Source: Azolla caroliniana (lineage: Eukaryota; Plantae; Polypodiophyta). From it: a stretch of 64,000 nt of DNA. The stretch is taken from positions 62,001 through 126,000 of the forward strand of contig JBHGNT010000029.1 in NCBI GenBank assembly GCA_043228905.1, read 5' to 3'. Below the pieces are notes generated by a model, which worked only from the letters and a program-made list of their open reading frames with translations, had not been told where the DNA came from and ran no database searches. Made by a program: the position numbers and the translations under genes. Below, piece after piece: positions 1 to 15,000 of the stretch. Positions within the stretch are counted from its first letter, which is position 1. Every line of letters starts with the position of its first letter.

Positions 1-3000
1 GAAATCCGATATCACACGAGCCAGGTATGAACATTTTCATTTACTAACGCGCTCTTCTCCACTTCCTCCTCAAATTTGCTAATTTCTTCATGTCTCTGGA
101 CCTGAGTTTCAAAATCTTGATTTTTGAATTCCATATTAGAGATAGCGTTGTTAGCTTCGATTCGCATGTTTGAACACAGAAATCCGATATCACACGAGCC
201 AGGTATGAACATTTTAATTTAGTAACACGCTCTTCTCCACTTCCTCCTCAAATTTGCTAATTTCTTCATGTCTCTGGAGCTGAGTTTCAAAATCTTGATT
301 TTTGAATTCCATATTAGAGCTAGCGTTGTTAGGTTTGATTCGCATGTTTGAACACAGAAATCCGATATCACACGAGCCAGGTATGAACATTTTAATTTAC
401 TAACGCGCTCTTCTCCACTTCCTCCTCAAATTTGCTAATTTCTTCATGTCTCTCGACGTGAGTTTCAAAATCTTGATTTTTTAATTCCATATTAGAGATA
501 GCGTTGTTAGCTTCGATTCGCATGTTTGAACACAGAAATCCGATATCACACGAGCCAGGTATGAACATTTTCATTTACTAACGCGCTCTTCTCCACTTCC
601 TCCTCAAATTTGCTAATTTCTTCATGTCTCTGGACCTGAGTTTCAAAATCTTGATTTTTTAATTCCAGATTAGAGATAGCGTTGTTAGCTTCGATTCGCA
701 TGTTTGAACACAGAAATCCGATATCACACGAGCCAGGTATGAACATTTTAATTTACAAACGCGATCTTCTCCACTACCTCCTCAAATTTGCTAATTTCTT
801 CATGTCTCTCGACCTGAGTTTCAAAATCTTGATTTTCTAATTCCATATTAGAGATAGCGTTGTTAGCTTCGATTCGCATGTTTGAACACAGAAATCCGAT
901 ATCACACGAGCCAGGTATGAACATTTTCATTTACTAACGCGCTCTTCTCCACTTCCTCCTCAAATTTGCTAATTTCTTCATGTCTCTCGACCTGAGTTTC
1001 AAAATCTTGATTTTCTAATTCCATATTAGAGATAGCGTTGTTAGCTTCGATTCGCATGTTCGAACACAGAAATCCGATATCACAAGAGCCAGGTATGAAC
1101 ATTTTAATTTACTAACGCACTCTTCTCCACTACCTCCTCAAATTTGCAAATTTCTTCATGTCTCTCGACCTGAGTTTCAAAATCTTGATTTTTTAATTCC
1201 ATATTAGAGCTAGCGTTGTTAGCTTCGATTCGCATGTTTGAACACAGAAATCCGATATCACACGAGCCAGGTATGAACATTTTAATTTACAAACGTGATC
1301 TTCTCCACTTCCTCCTCAAATTTGCTAATTTCTTCATGTCTCTGGACCTGAGTTTCAAAATCTTGTTTTTTCGATTCCATATTATAATTTACTAACGCGC
1401 TCTTCTCCACTACCTCCTCAAATTTGCAAATTTCTTCATGTCTCTCGACCTGAGTTTCAAAATCTTGATTTTTTAATTCCATATTATAGCTAGCGTTGTT
1501 AGCTTCGATTCGCATGTTTAAACACAAAAATCCGATATCACACGAGCCAGGTATGAACATTTTAATTTACTAACAGGCTCTTCTTCACTACCTCCTCAAA
1601 TTTGCTAATTTGTTCATGTCTCTCGACCTGAGTTTCAAAATCTTGATTTTTTAACTCCATATTAGAGCTAGCGTTGTTAGCTTCGATTCGCATGTTTGAA
1701 CACAGAAATCCGATATCACACGAGCCAGGTATGAACATTTTAATTTACAAACGCGATCTTCTCCACTACCTCCTCAAATTTGCTAATTTCTTCATGTCTC
1801 TCGACCTGAGTTTCAAAATCTTGATTTTCTAATTCCATATTAGAGATAGCGTTGTTAGCTTCGATTCGCATGTTTGAACACAGAAATCCGATATCACAAG
1901 AGCCAGGTATGAACATTTTAATTTACTAACGCACTCTTCTCCACTACCTCCTCAAATTTGGAAATTTCTTCATGTCTCTCGACCTGAGTTTCAAAATCTT
2001 GATTTTTTAATTCCATATTAGAGCTAGCGTTGTTAGCTTCGATTCGCATGTTTGAACACAGAAATCCGATATCACACGAGCCGGGTATGAACATTTTAAT
2101 TTACAAACGCGATCTTCTCCACTACCTCCTCAAATTTGCTAATTTCTTCATGTCTCTCGACCTGAGTTTCAAAATCTTGATTTTTTAATTCTATATTAGA
2201 GATAGCGTTGTTAGCTTCGATTCGCATGTTTGAACACAGAAATCCGATATCACACGAGCTAGGTATGAACATTTTCATTTACTAATGCGCTCTCCTCCAC
2301 TTCCTCCTCAAATTTGCTAATTTCTTCATGTCTCTCGACCTGAGTTTCAAAATCTTGATTTTTTAATTCCATATTAGAGATAGCGTTGTTAGCTTCGATT
2401 CGCATGTTTGAACACAGAAATCCGATATCACACGAGCCAGGTATGAACATTTTAATTTACTAACGCGCTCTTCTCCACTTCCTCCTCAAATTTGCTAATT
2501 TCTTCATGTCTCTCGACGTGAGTTTCAAAATCTTGATTTTTTAATTCCATATTAGAGATAGCGTTGTTAGCTTCGATTCGCATGTTTGAACACAGAAATC
2601 CGATATCACACGAGCCAGGTATGAACATTTTAATTTACTAACGCGCTCTTCTCCACTTCCTCCTCAAATTTGCTAATTTCTTCATGTCTCTCGACGTGAG
2701 TTTCAAAATCTTGATTTTTTAATTCCATATTAGAGATAGCGTTGTTAGCTTCGATTCGCATGTTTGAACACAGAAATCCGATATCACACGAGCCAGGTAT
2801 GAACATTTTCATTTACAAACGTGATCTTCTCCACTTCCTCCTCAAATTTGCAAATTTCTTCATGTCTCTCGACCTGAGTTTCAAAATCTTGATTTTTTAA
2901 TTCCATATCATAGCTAGCGTTGTTAGCTTCGATTCGCATGTTTAAACACAAAAATCCGATATCACACGAGCCAGGTATGAACATTTTAATTTACTAACAG

Positions 3001-6000
3001 GCTCTTCTTCACTACCTCCTCAAATTTGCTAATTTGTTCATGTCTCTCGACCTGAGTTTCAAAATCTTGTTTTTTCGATTCCATATTATAATTTACTAAC
3101 GCGCTCTTCTCCACTACCTCCTCAAATTTGCAAATTTCTTCATGTCTCTCGACGTGAGTTTCAAAATCTTGATTTTTTAATTCCATATTAGAGATAGCGT
3201 TGTTAGCTTCGATTCGCATGTTTGAACACAGAAATCCGATATCACACGAGCCAGGTATGAACATTTTCATTTACTAACGCGCTCTTCTCCACTTCCTCCT
3301 CAAATTTGCTAATTTCTTCATGTCTCTCGACGTGAGTTTCAAAATCTTGATTTTTTAATTCCATATTAGAGATAGCGTTGTTAGCTTCGATTCGCATGTT
3401 TGAACACAGAAATCCGATATCACACGAGCCAGGTATGAACATTTTCATTTACAAACGTGATCTTCTCCACTTCCTCCTCAAATTTGCAAATTTCTTCATG
3501 TCTCTCGACCTGAGTTTCAAAATCTTGATTTTTTAATTCCATATCATAGCTAGCGTTGTTAGCTTCGATTCGCATGTTTAAACACAAAAATCCGATATCA
3601 CACGAGCCAGGTATGAACATTTTAATTTACTAACAGGCTCTTCTTCACTACCTCCTCAAATTTGCTAATTTGTTCATGTCTCTCGACCTGAGTTTCAAAA
3701 TCTTGATTTTTTAATTCCATATTAGAGCTAGCGTTGTTAGCTTCGATTCGCATGTTTGAACACAGAAATCCGATATCACACGAGCCGGGTATGAACATTT
3801 TAATTTACAAACGCGATCTTCTCCACTACCTCCTCAAATTTGCTAATTTCTTCATGTCTCTCGACCTGAGTTTCAAAATCTTGATTTTTTAATTCTATAT
3901 TAGAGATAGCGTTGTTAGCTTCGATTCGCATGTTTGAACACAGAAATCCGATATCACACGAGCTAGGTATGAACATTTTCATTTACTAATGCGCTCTCCT
4001 CCACTTCCTCCTCAAATTTGCTAATTTCTTCATGTCTCTCGACCTGAGTTTCAAAATCTTGATTTTTTAATTCCATATTAGAGATAGCGTTGTTAGCTTC
4101 GATTCGCATGTTTGAACACAGAAATCCGATATCACACGAGCCAGGTATGAACATTTTAATTTACTAACGCGCTCTTCTCCACTTCCTCCTCAAATTTGCT
4201 AATTTCTTCATGTCTCTCGACGTGAGTTTCAAAATCTTGATTTTTTAATTCCATATTAGAGATAGCGTTGTTAGCTTCGATTCGCATGTTTGAACACAGA
4301 AATCCGATATCACACGAGCCAGGTATGAACATTTTCATTTACTAACGCGCTCTTCTCCACTTCCTCCTCAAATTTGCTAATTTCTTCATGTCTCTCGACG
4401 TGAGTTTCAAAATCTTGATTTTTTAATTCCATATTAGAGATAGCGTTGTTAGCTTCGATTCGCATGTTTGAACACAGAAATCCGATATCACACGAGCCAG
4501 GTATGAACATTTTCATTTACAAACGTGATCTTCTCCACTTCCTCCTCAAATTTGCAAATTTCTTCATGTCTCTCGACCTGAGTTTCAAAATCTTGATTTT
4601 TTAATTCCATATCATAGCTAGCGTTGTTAGCTTCGATTCGCATGTTTAAACACAAAAATCCGATATCACACGAGCCAGGTATGAACATTTTAATTTACTA
4701 ACAGGCTCTTCTTCACTACCTCCTCAAATTTGCTAATTTGTTCATGTCTCTCGACCTGAGTTTCAAAATCTTGATTTTTTAATTCCATATTAGAGCTAGC
4801 GTTGTTAGCTTCGATTCGCATGTTTGAACACAGAAATCCGATATCACACGAGCCAGGTATGAACATTTTAATTTACAAACGCGATCTTCTCCACTACCTC
4901 CTCAAATTTGCTAATTTCTTCATGTCTCTCGACCTGAGTTTCAAAATCTTGATTTTCTAATTCCATATTAGAGATAGCGTTGTTAGCTTCGATTCGCATG
5001 TTTGAACACAGAAATCCGATATCACAAGAGCCAGGTATGAACATTTTAATTTACTAACGCACTCTTCTCCACTACCTCCTCAAATTTGCAAATTTCTTCA
5101 TGTCTCTCGACCTGAGTTTCAAAATCTTGATTTTTTAATTCCATATTAGAGCTAGCGTTGTTAGCTTCGATTCGCATGTTTGAACACAGAAATCCGATAT
5201 CACACGAGCCGGGTATGAACATTTTAATTTACAAACGCGATCTTCTCCACTACCTCCTCAAATTTGCTAATTTCTTCATGTCTCTCGACCTGAGTTTCAA
5301 AATCTTGATTTTTTAATTCAATATTAGAGATAGCGTTGTTAGCTTCGATTCGCATGTTTGAACACAGAAATCCGATATCACACGAGCTAGGTATGAACAT
5401 TTTCATTTACTAACGCGCTCTCCTCCACTTCCTCCTCAAATTTGCTAATTTCTTCATGTCTCTCGACCTGAGTTTCAAAATCTTGATTTTTTAATTCCAT
5501 ATTAGAGATAGCGTTGTTAGCTTCGATTCGCATGTTTGAACACAGAAATCCGATATCACACGAGCCAGGTATGAACATTTTAATTTACTAACGCGCTCTT
5601 CTCCACTTCCTCCTCAAATTTGCTAATTTCTTCATGTCTCTCGACGTGAGTTTCAAAATCTTGATTTTTTAATTCCATATTAGAGATAGCGTTGTTAGCT
5701 TCGATTCGCATGTTTGAACACAGAAATCCGATATCACACGAGCCAGGTATGAACATTTTAATTTACAAACGCGATCTTCTCCACTACCTCCTCAAATTTG
5801 CTAATTTCTTCATGTCTCTCGACCTGAGTTTCAAAATCTTGATTTTCTAATTCCATATTAGAGATAGCGTTGTTAGCTTCGATTCGCATGTTTGAACACA
5901 GAAATCCGATATCACAAGAGCCAGGTATGAACATTTTAATTTACTAACGCACTCTTCTCCACTACCTCCTCAAATTTGCAAATTTCTTCATGTCTCTCGA

Positions 6001-9000
6001 CCTGAGTTTCAAAATCTTGATTTTTTAATTCCATATTAGAGCTAGCGTTGTTAGCTTCGATTCGCATGTTTGAACACAGAAATCCGATATCACACGAGCC
6101 GGGTATGAACATTTTAATTTACAAACGCGATCTTCTCCACTACCTCCTCAAATTTGCTAATTTCTTCATGTCTCTCGACCTGAGTTTCAAAATCTTGATT
6201 TTTTAATTCAATATTAGAGATAGCGTTGTTAGCTTCGATTCGCATGTTTGAACAGAGAAATCCGATATCACACGAGCTAGGTATGAACATTTTCATTTAC
6301 TAACGCGCTCTCCTCCACTTCCTCCTCAAATTTGCTAATTTCTTCATGTCTCTGGACCTGAGTTACAAAATCTTGATTTTTTAATTCCATATTAGAGATA
6401 GCGTTGTTAGCTTCGATTCGCATGTTTGAACACAGAAATCCGATATCACACGAGCCAGGTATGAACATTTTAATTTACTAACGCGCTCTTCTCCACTTCC
6501 TCCTCAAATTTGCTAATTTCTTCATGTCTCTCGACCTGAGTTTCAAAATCTTGATTTTTTAATTCCATATTAGAGATAGCGTTGTTAGCTTCGATTCGCA
6601 TGTTTGAACACAGAAATCCGATATCACACGAGCTAGGTATGAACATTTTCATTTACTAACGCGCTCTCCTCCACTTCCTCCTCAAATTTGCAAATTTCTT
6701 CATGTCTCTGGACCTGAGTTACAAAATCTTGATTTTTTAATTCCATATTAGAGATAGCGTTGTTAGCTTCGATTCGCATGTTTGAACACAGAAATCCGAT
6801 ATCACGCGAGCCAGGTATGAACATTTTAATTTACTAACGCGATCTTCTCCACTACCTCCTCAAATTTGCTAATTTCTTCATGTCTCTCGACCTGAGTCTC
6901 AAAATCTTGATTTTTTAATTCAATATTAGAGATAGCGTTGTTAGCTTCGATTCGCATGTTTGAACACAGAAATCCGATATCACACGAGCTAGGTATGAAC
7001 ATTTTCATTTACTAACGCGCTCTCCTCCACTTCCTCCTCAAATTTGCTAATTTCTTCATGTCTCTGGACCTGAGTTACAAAATCTTGATTTTTTAATTCC
7101 ATATTAGAGATAGCGTTGTTAGCTTCGATTCGCATGTTTGAACACAGAAATCCGATATCACACGAGCCAGGTATGAACATTTTAATTTACTGACTCGTTC
7201 TTCTCCACTTCCTCCTCAAATTTGCTAATTTCTTCATGTCTCTGGACCTGAGTTTCAAAATCTTGATTTTTTAATTCCATATTAGAGCTAGCATTGTTAG
7301 CTTCGAGTCGCATGTTTGAACACAGAAATCCGATATCAAACGAGCAAGGTATGAACATTTTAATTTACTGACTCGCTCTTCTCCACTTCCTCCTCAAATT
7401 TGCTAATTTCTTCATGTCTCTTGACCTGAGTTTCAAAATCTTGATTTTTTAATTCAATATTAGAGCTAGCGTTGTTAGCTTCGATTCGCATGTTTGAACA
7501 CAGAAATCCGATATCACACGAGCCAGGTATGAACGTTTTAATTTACAAACGTGATCTTCTCCACTTCCTCCTCAAATTTGCTAATTTCTTCATGTCTCTT
7601 GACCTGAGTTTCAAAATCTTGATTTTTTAATTCAATATTAGAGCTAGCGTTGTTAGCTTCGATTCGCATGTTTGAACACAGAAATCCGATATCACACGAG
7701 CCAGGTATGAACATTTTAATTTACAAACGTGATCTTCTCCACTTCCTCCTCAAATTTGCTAATTTCTTCATGTCTCTGGACCTGAGTTTCAAAATCTTGT
7801 TTTTTCGATTCCATATTATAATTTACTAACGCGCTCTTCTCCACTACCTCCTCAAATTTGCAAATTTCTTCATGTCTCTCGACCTGAGTTAAAAAATCTT
7901 GATTTTTTAATTCCATATCATAGCTAGCGTTGTTAGCTTCGTTTCGCATGTTTAAACACAAAAATCCGATATCACACGAGCCAGGTATGAACATTTTAAT
8001 TTACTAACAGGCTCTTCTTCACTACCTCCTCAAATTTGCTAATTTGTTCATGTCTCTCGACCTGAGTTTCAAAATCTTGATTTTTTAATTCCATATTAGA
8101 GCTAGCGTTGTTAGCTTCGATTCGCATGTTTGAACACAGAAATCCGATATCACACGAGCCAGGTATGAACATTTTAATTTACAAACGCGATCTTCTCCAC
8201 TACCTCCTCAAATTTGCTAATTTCTTCATGTCTCTCGACCTGAGTTTCAAAATCTTGATTTTCTAATTCCATATTAGAGATAGCGTTGTTAGCTTCGATT
8301 CGCATGTTTGAACACAGAAATCCGATATCACAAGAGCCAGGTATGAACATTTTAATTTACTAACGCACTCTTCTCCACTACCTCCTCAAATTTGCAAATT
8401 TCTTCATGTCTCTCGACCTGAGTTTCAAAATCTTGATTTTTTAATTCCATATTAGAGCTAGCGTTGTTAGCTTCGATTCGCATGTTTGAACACAGAAATC
8501 CGATATCACACGAGCCGGGTATGAACATTTTAATTTACAAACGCGATCTTCTCCACTACCTCCTCAAATTTGCTAATTTCTTCATGTCTCTCGACCTGAG
8601 TTTCAAAATCTTGATTTTTTAATTCAATATTAGAGATAGCGTTGTTAGCTTCGATTCGCATGTTTGAACACAAAAATCCGATATCACACGAGCTAGGTAT
8701 GAACATTTTCATTTACTAACGCGCTCTCCTCCACTTCCTCCTCAAATTTGCTAATTTCTTCATGTCTCTCGACCTGAGTTTCAAAATCTTGATTTTTTAA
8801 TTCCATATTAGAGATAGCGTTGTTAGCTTCGATTCGCATGTTTGAACACAGAAATCCGATATCACACGAGCCAGGTATGAACATTTTAATTTACTAACGC
8901 GCTCTTCTCCACTTCCTCCTCAAATTTGCTAATTTCTTCATGTCTCTCGACGTGAGTTTCAAAATCTTGATTTTCTAATTCCATATTAGAGATAGCGTTG

Positions 9001-12000
9001 TTAGCTTCGATTCGCATGTTTGAACACAGAAATCCGATATCACACGAGCCAGGTATGAACATTTTAATTTACAAACGCGATCTTCTCCACTACCTCCTCA
9101 AATTTGCTAATTTCTTCATGTCTCTCGACCTGAGTTTCAAAATCTTGATTTTCTAATTCCATATTAGAGATAGCGTTGTTAGCTTCGATTCGCATGTTTG
9201 AACACAAAAATCCGATATCACAAGAGCCAGGTATGAACATTTTAATTTACTAACGCACTCTTCTCCACTACCTCCTCAAATTTGCAAATTTCTTCATGTC
9301 TCTCGACCTGAGTTTCAAAATCTTGATTTTTTAATTCCATATTAGAGCTAGCGTTGTTAGCTTCGATTCGCATGTTTGAACACAGAAATCCGATATCACA
9401 CGAGCCGGGTATGAACATTTTAATTTACAAACGCGATCTTCTCCACTACCTCCTCAAATTTGCTAATTTCTTCATGTCTCTCGACCTGAGTCTCAAAATC
9501 TTGATTTTTTAATTCAATATTAGAGATAGCGTTGTTAGCTTCGATTCGCATGTTTGAACACAGAAATCCGATATCACACGAGCTAGGTATGAACATTTTC
9601 ATTTACTAACGCGCTCTCCTCCACTTCCTCCTCAAATTTGCTAATTTCTTCATGTCTCTGGACCTGAGTTACAAAATCTTGATTTTTTAATTCCATATTA
9701 GAGATAGCGTTGTTAGCTTCGATTCGCATGTTTGAACACAGAAATCCGATATCACACGAGCCAGGTATGAACATTTTAATTTACTGACTCGTTCTTCTCC
9801 ACTTCCTCCTCAAATTTGCTAATTTCTTCATGTCTCTGGACCTGAGTTTCAAAATCTTGATTTTTTAATTCCATATTAGAGCTAGCATTGTTAGCTTCGA
9901 GTCGCATGTTTGAACACAGAAATCCGATATCAAACGAGCAAGGTATGAACATTTTAATTTACTGACTCGCTCTTCTCCACTTCCTCCTCAAATTTGCTAA
10001 TTTCTTCATGTCTCTTGACCTGAGTTTCAAAATCTTGATTTTTTAATTCAATATTAGAGCTAGCGTTGTTAGCTTCGATTCGCATGTTTGAACACAGAAA
10101 TCCGATATCACACGAGCCAGGTATGAACGTTTTAATTTACAAACGTGATCTTCTCCACTTCCTCCTCAAATTTGCTAATTTCTTCATGTCTCTTGACCTG
10201 AGTTTCAAAATCTTGATTTTTTAATTCAATATTAGAGCTAGCGTTGTTAGCTTCGATTCGCATGTTTGAACACAGAAATCCGATATCACACGAGCCAGGT
10301 ATGAACATTTTAATTTACAAACGTGATCTTCTCCACTTCCTCCTCAAATTTGCTAATTTCTTCATGTCTCTGGACCTGAGTTTCAAAATCTTGTTTTTTC
10401 GATTCCATATTATAATTTACTAACGCGCTCTTCTCCACTACCTCCTCAAATTTGCAAATTTCTTCATGTCTCTCGACCTGAGTTTCAAAATCTTGATTTT
10501 TTAATTCCATATCATAGCTAGCGTTGTTAGCTTCGTTTCGCATGTTTAAACACAAAAATCCGATATCACACGAGCCAGGTATGAACATTTTAATTTACTA
10601 ACAGGCTCTTCTTCACTACCTCCTCAAATTTGCTAATTTGTTCATGTCTCTCGACCTGAGTTTCAAAATCTTGATTTTTTAATTCCATATTAGAGCTAGC
10701 GTTGTTAGCTTCGATTCGCATGTTTGAACACAGAAATCCGATATCACACGAGCCAGGTATGAACATTTTAATTTACAAACGCACTCTTCTCCACTACCTC
10801 CTCAAATTTGCTAATTTCTTCATGTCTCTCGACCTGAGTTTCAAAATCTTGATTTTTTAATTCCATATTAGAGCTAGCGTTGTTAGCTTCGATTCGCATG
10901 TTTGAACACAGAAATCCGATATCACACGAGCCGGGTATGAACATTTTAATTTACAAACGCGATCTTCTCCACTACCTCCTCAAATTTGCTAATTTCTTCA
11001 TGTCTCTCGACCTGAGTTTCAAAATCTTGATTTTTTAATTCAATATTAGAGATAGCGTTGTTAGCTTCGATTCGCATGTTTGAACACAGAAATCCGATAT
11101 CACACGAGCTAGGTATGAACATTTTCATTTACTAACGCGCTCTCCTCCACTTCCTCCTCAAATTTGCTAATTTCTTCATGTCTCTGGACCTGAGTTTCAA
11201 AATCTTGATTTTTTAATTCCATATTAGAGATAGCGTTGTTAGCTTCGATTCGCATGTTTGAACACAGAAATCCGATATCACACGAGCCAGGTATGAACAT
11301 TTTAATTTACTGACTCGTTCTTCTCCACTTCCTCCTCAAATTTGCTAATTTCTTCATGTCTCTGGACCTGAGTTTCAAAATCTTGATTTTTTAATTCCAT
11401 ATTAGAGCTAGCATTGTTAGCTTCGAGTCGCATGTTTGAACACAGAAATCCGATATCAAACGAGCAAGGTATGAACATTTTAATTTACTGACTCGCTCTT
11501 CTCCACTTCCTCCTCAAATTTGCTAATTTCTTCATGTCTCTTGACCTGAGTTTCAAAATCTTGATTTTTTAATTCAATATTAGAGCTAGCGTTGTTAGCT
11601 TCGATTCGCATGTTTGAACACAGAAATCCGATATCACACGAGCCAGGTATGAACATTTTAATTTACAAACGTGATCTTCTCCACTTCCTCCTCAAATTTG
11701 CTAATTTCTTCATGTCTCTGGACCTGAGTTTCAAAATCTTGTTTTTTCGATTCCATATTATAATTTACTAACGCGCTCTTCTCCACTACCTCCTCAAATT
11801 TGCAAATTTCTTCATGTCTCTCGACCTGAGTTTAAAAATCTTGATTTTTTAATTCCATATCATAGCTAGCGTTGTTAGCTTCGTTTCGCATGTTTAAACA
11901 CAGAAATCCGATATCACACGAGCCAGGTATGAACATTTTAATTTACTAACAGGCTCTTCTTCACTACCTCCTCAAATTTGCTAATTTCTTCATGTCTCTC

Positions 12001-15000
12001 GACGTGAGTTTCAAAATCTTGATTTTTTAATTCCATATTAGAGCTAGCGTTGTTAGCTTCGATTCGCATGTTTGAACACAGAAATCCGATATCACACGAG
12101 CCAGGTATGAACATTTTAATTTACAAACGCGATCTTCTCCACTACCTCCTCAAATTTGCTAATTTCTTCATGTCTCTCGACGTGAGTTTCAAAATCTTGA
12201 TTTTTTAATTCCATATTAGAGATAGCGTTGTTAGCTTCGATTCGCATGTTTGAACACAGAAATCCGATATCACACGAGCTAGGTATGAACATTTTCATTT
12301 ACTAACGCGCTCTCCTCCACTTCCTCCTCAAATTTGCTAATTTCTTCATGTCTCTGGACCTGAGTTACAAAATCTTGATTTTTTAATTCCATATTACAGA
12401 TAGCGTTGTTAGCTTCGATTCGCATGTTTGAACACAGAAATCCGATATCACACGAGCCAGGTATGAACATTTTAATTTACTAACGCGCTCTTCTCCACTT
12501 CCTCCTCAAATTTGCTAATTTCTTCATGTCTCTCGACGTGAGTTTCAAAATCTTGATTTTTTAATTCCATATTAGAGATAACGTTGTTAGCTTCGATTCG
12601 CATGTTTGAACACAGAAATCCGATATCACACGAGCCAGGTATGAACATTTTCATTTACTAACGCGCTCTTCTCCACTTCCTCCTCAAATTTGCTAATTTC
12701 TTCATGTCTCTGGACCTGAGTTTCAAAATCTTGATTTTTGAATTCCATATTAGAGATAGCGTTGTTAGCTTCGATTCGCATGTTTGAACACAGAAATCCG
12801 ATATCACTCGAGCCAGGTATGAACATTTTAATTTACTAACACGCTCTTCTCCACTTCCTCCTCAAATTTGCTAATTTCTTCATGTCTCTCGACGTGAGTT
12901 TCAAAATCTTGATTTTTTAATTCCATATTAGAGATAGCGTTGTTAGCTTCGATTCGCATGTTTGAACACAGAAATCCGATATCACACGAGCCAGGTATGA
13001 ACATTTTCATTTACTAACGCGCTCTTCTCCACTTCCTCCTCAAATTTGCTAATTTCTTCATGTCTCTGGACCTGAGTTTCAAAATCTTGATTTTTGAATT
13101 CCATATTAGAGATAGCGTTGTTAGCTTCGATTCGCATGTTTGAACACAGAAATCCGATATCACTCGAGCCAGGTATGAACATTTTAATTTACTAACACGC
13201 TCTTCTCCACTTCCTCCTCAAATTTGCTAATTTCTTCATGTCTCTCGACCTGAGTTTCAAAATCTTGATTTTTTAATTCAATATTAGAGATAGCGTTGTT
13301 AGCTTCGATTCGCATGTTTGAACACAGAAATCCGATATCACACGAGCTAGGTATGAACATTTTCATTTACTAACGCGCTCTCCTCCACTTCCTCCTCAAA
13401 TTTGCTAATTTCTTCATGTCTCTGGACCTGAGTTTCAAAATCTTGATTTTTTAATTCCATATTAGAGATAGCGTTGTTAGCTTCGATTCGCATGTTTGAA
13501 CACAGAAATCCGATATCACACGAGCCAGGTATGAACATTTTAATTTACTGACTCGTTCTTCTCCACTTCCTCCTCAAATTTGCTAATTTCTTCATGTCTC
13601 TGGACCTGAGTTTCAAAATCTTGATTTTTTAATTCCATATTAGAGCTAGCATTGTTAGCTTCGAGTCGCATGTTTGAACACAGAAATCCGATATCAAACG
13701 AGCAAGGTATGAACATTTTAATTTACTGACTCGCTCTTCTCCACTTCCTCCTCAAATTTGCTAATTTCTTCATGTCTCTTGACCTGAGTTTCAAAATCTT
13801 GATTTTTTAATTCAATATTAGAGCTAGCGTTGTTAGCTTCGATTCGCATGTTTGAACACAGAAATCCGATATCACACGAGCCAGGTATGAACATTTTAAT
13901 TTACTAACGCGCTCTTCTCCACTACCTCCTCAAATTTGCTAATTTATTCATGTCTCTCGAGCTGAGTTTTAAAATCTTGATTTTGTAATTCCATATCATA
14001 GCTAGCGTTGTTAGCTTCGATTCGCATGTTTGAACACCGAAATCCGATATCACACGAGCCAGGTATGAACATTTTAATTTACTGACTCGTTCTTCTCAAC
14101 TTCCTCCTCAAATATACTAATTTCTTCATGTCTCTCGACCAGAGTTTCAAAATCTTGATTTTTTAATTCCATATTAGAGCTAGCGTTGTTAGCTTCGAGT
14201 CGCATGTTTGAACACAGAAATCCGATATCAAACGAGCAAGGTATGAACATTTTAATTTACTGACTCGCTCTTCTCCACTTCCTCCTCAAATTTGCTAATT
14301 TCTTCATGTCTCTTGACCTGAGTTTCAAAATCTTGATTTTTTAATTCAATATTAGAGCTAGCGTTGTTAGCTTCGATTCGCATGTTTGAACACAGAAATC
14401 CGATATCACACGAGCCAGGTATGAACATTTTAATTTACAAACGTGATCTTCTCCACTTCCTCCTCAAATTTGCTAATTTCTTCATGTCTCTGGACCTGAG
14501 TTTCAAAATCTTGTTTTTTCGATTCCATATTATAATTTACTAACGCGCTCTTCTCCACTACCTCCTCAAATTTGCAAATTTCTTCATGTCTCTCGACCTG
14601 AGTTTCAAAATCTTGATTTTTTAATTCCATATCATAGCTAGCGTTGTTAGCTTCGATTCGCATGTTTAAACACAAAAATCCGATATCACACGAGCCAGGT
14701 ATGAACATTTTAATTTACTAACAGGCTCTTCTTCACTACCTCCTCAAATTTGCTAATTTGTTCATGTCTCTCGACCTGAGTTTCAAAATCTTGATTTTTT
14801 AATTCCATATTAGAGCTAGCGTTGTTAGCTTCGATTCGCATGTTTGAACACAGAAATCCGATATCACACGAGCCAGGTATGAACATTTTAATTTACAAAC
14901 GCGATCTTCTCCACTACCTCCTCAAATTTGCTAATTTCTTCATGTCTCTCGACCTGAGTTTCAAAATCTTGATTTTTTAATTCAATATTAGAGATAGCGT

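Noticed and set aside
31-135. Possible 2 x 89-bp substructure of the monomer (TTTTAATTTAC versus TTTTAATTCC)
   Set aside because: Similarity is limited to one AT-rich word; other internal matches (CATGT, TGAACA) have inconsistent spacing.
1-178. Identification as Arabidopsis CEN178 or another named satellite
   Set aside because: Only the length matches; I do not recognise the sequence and cannot run a database search.
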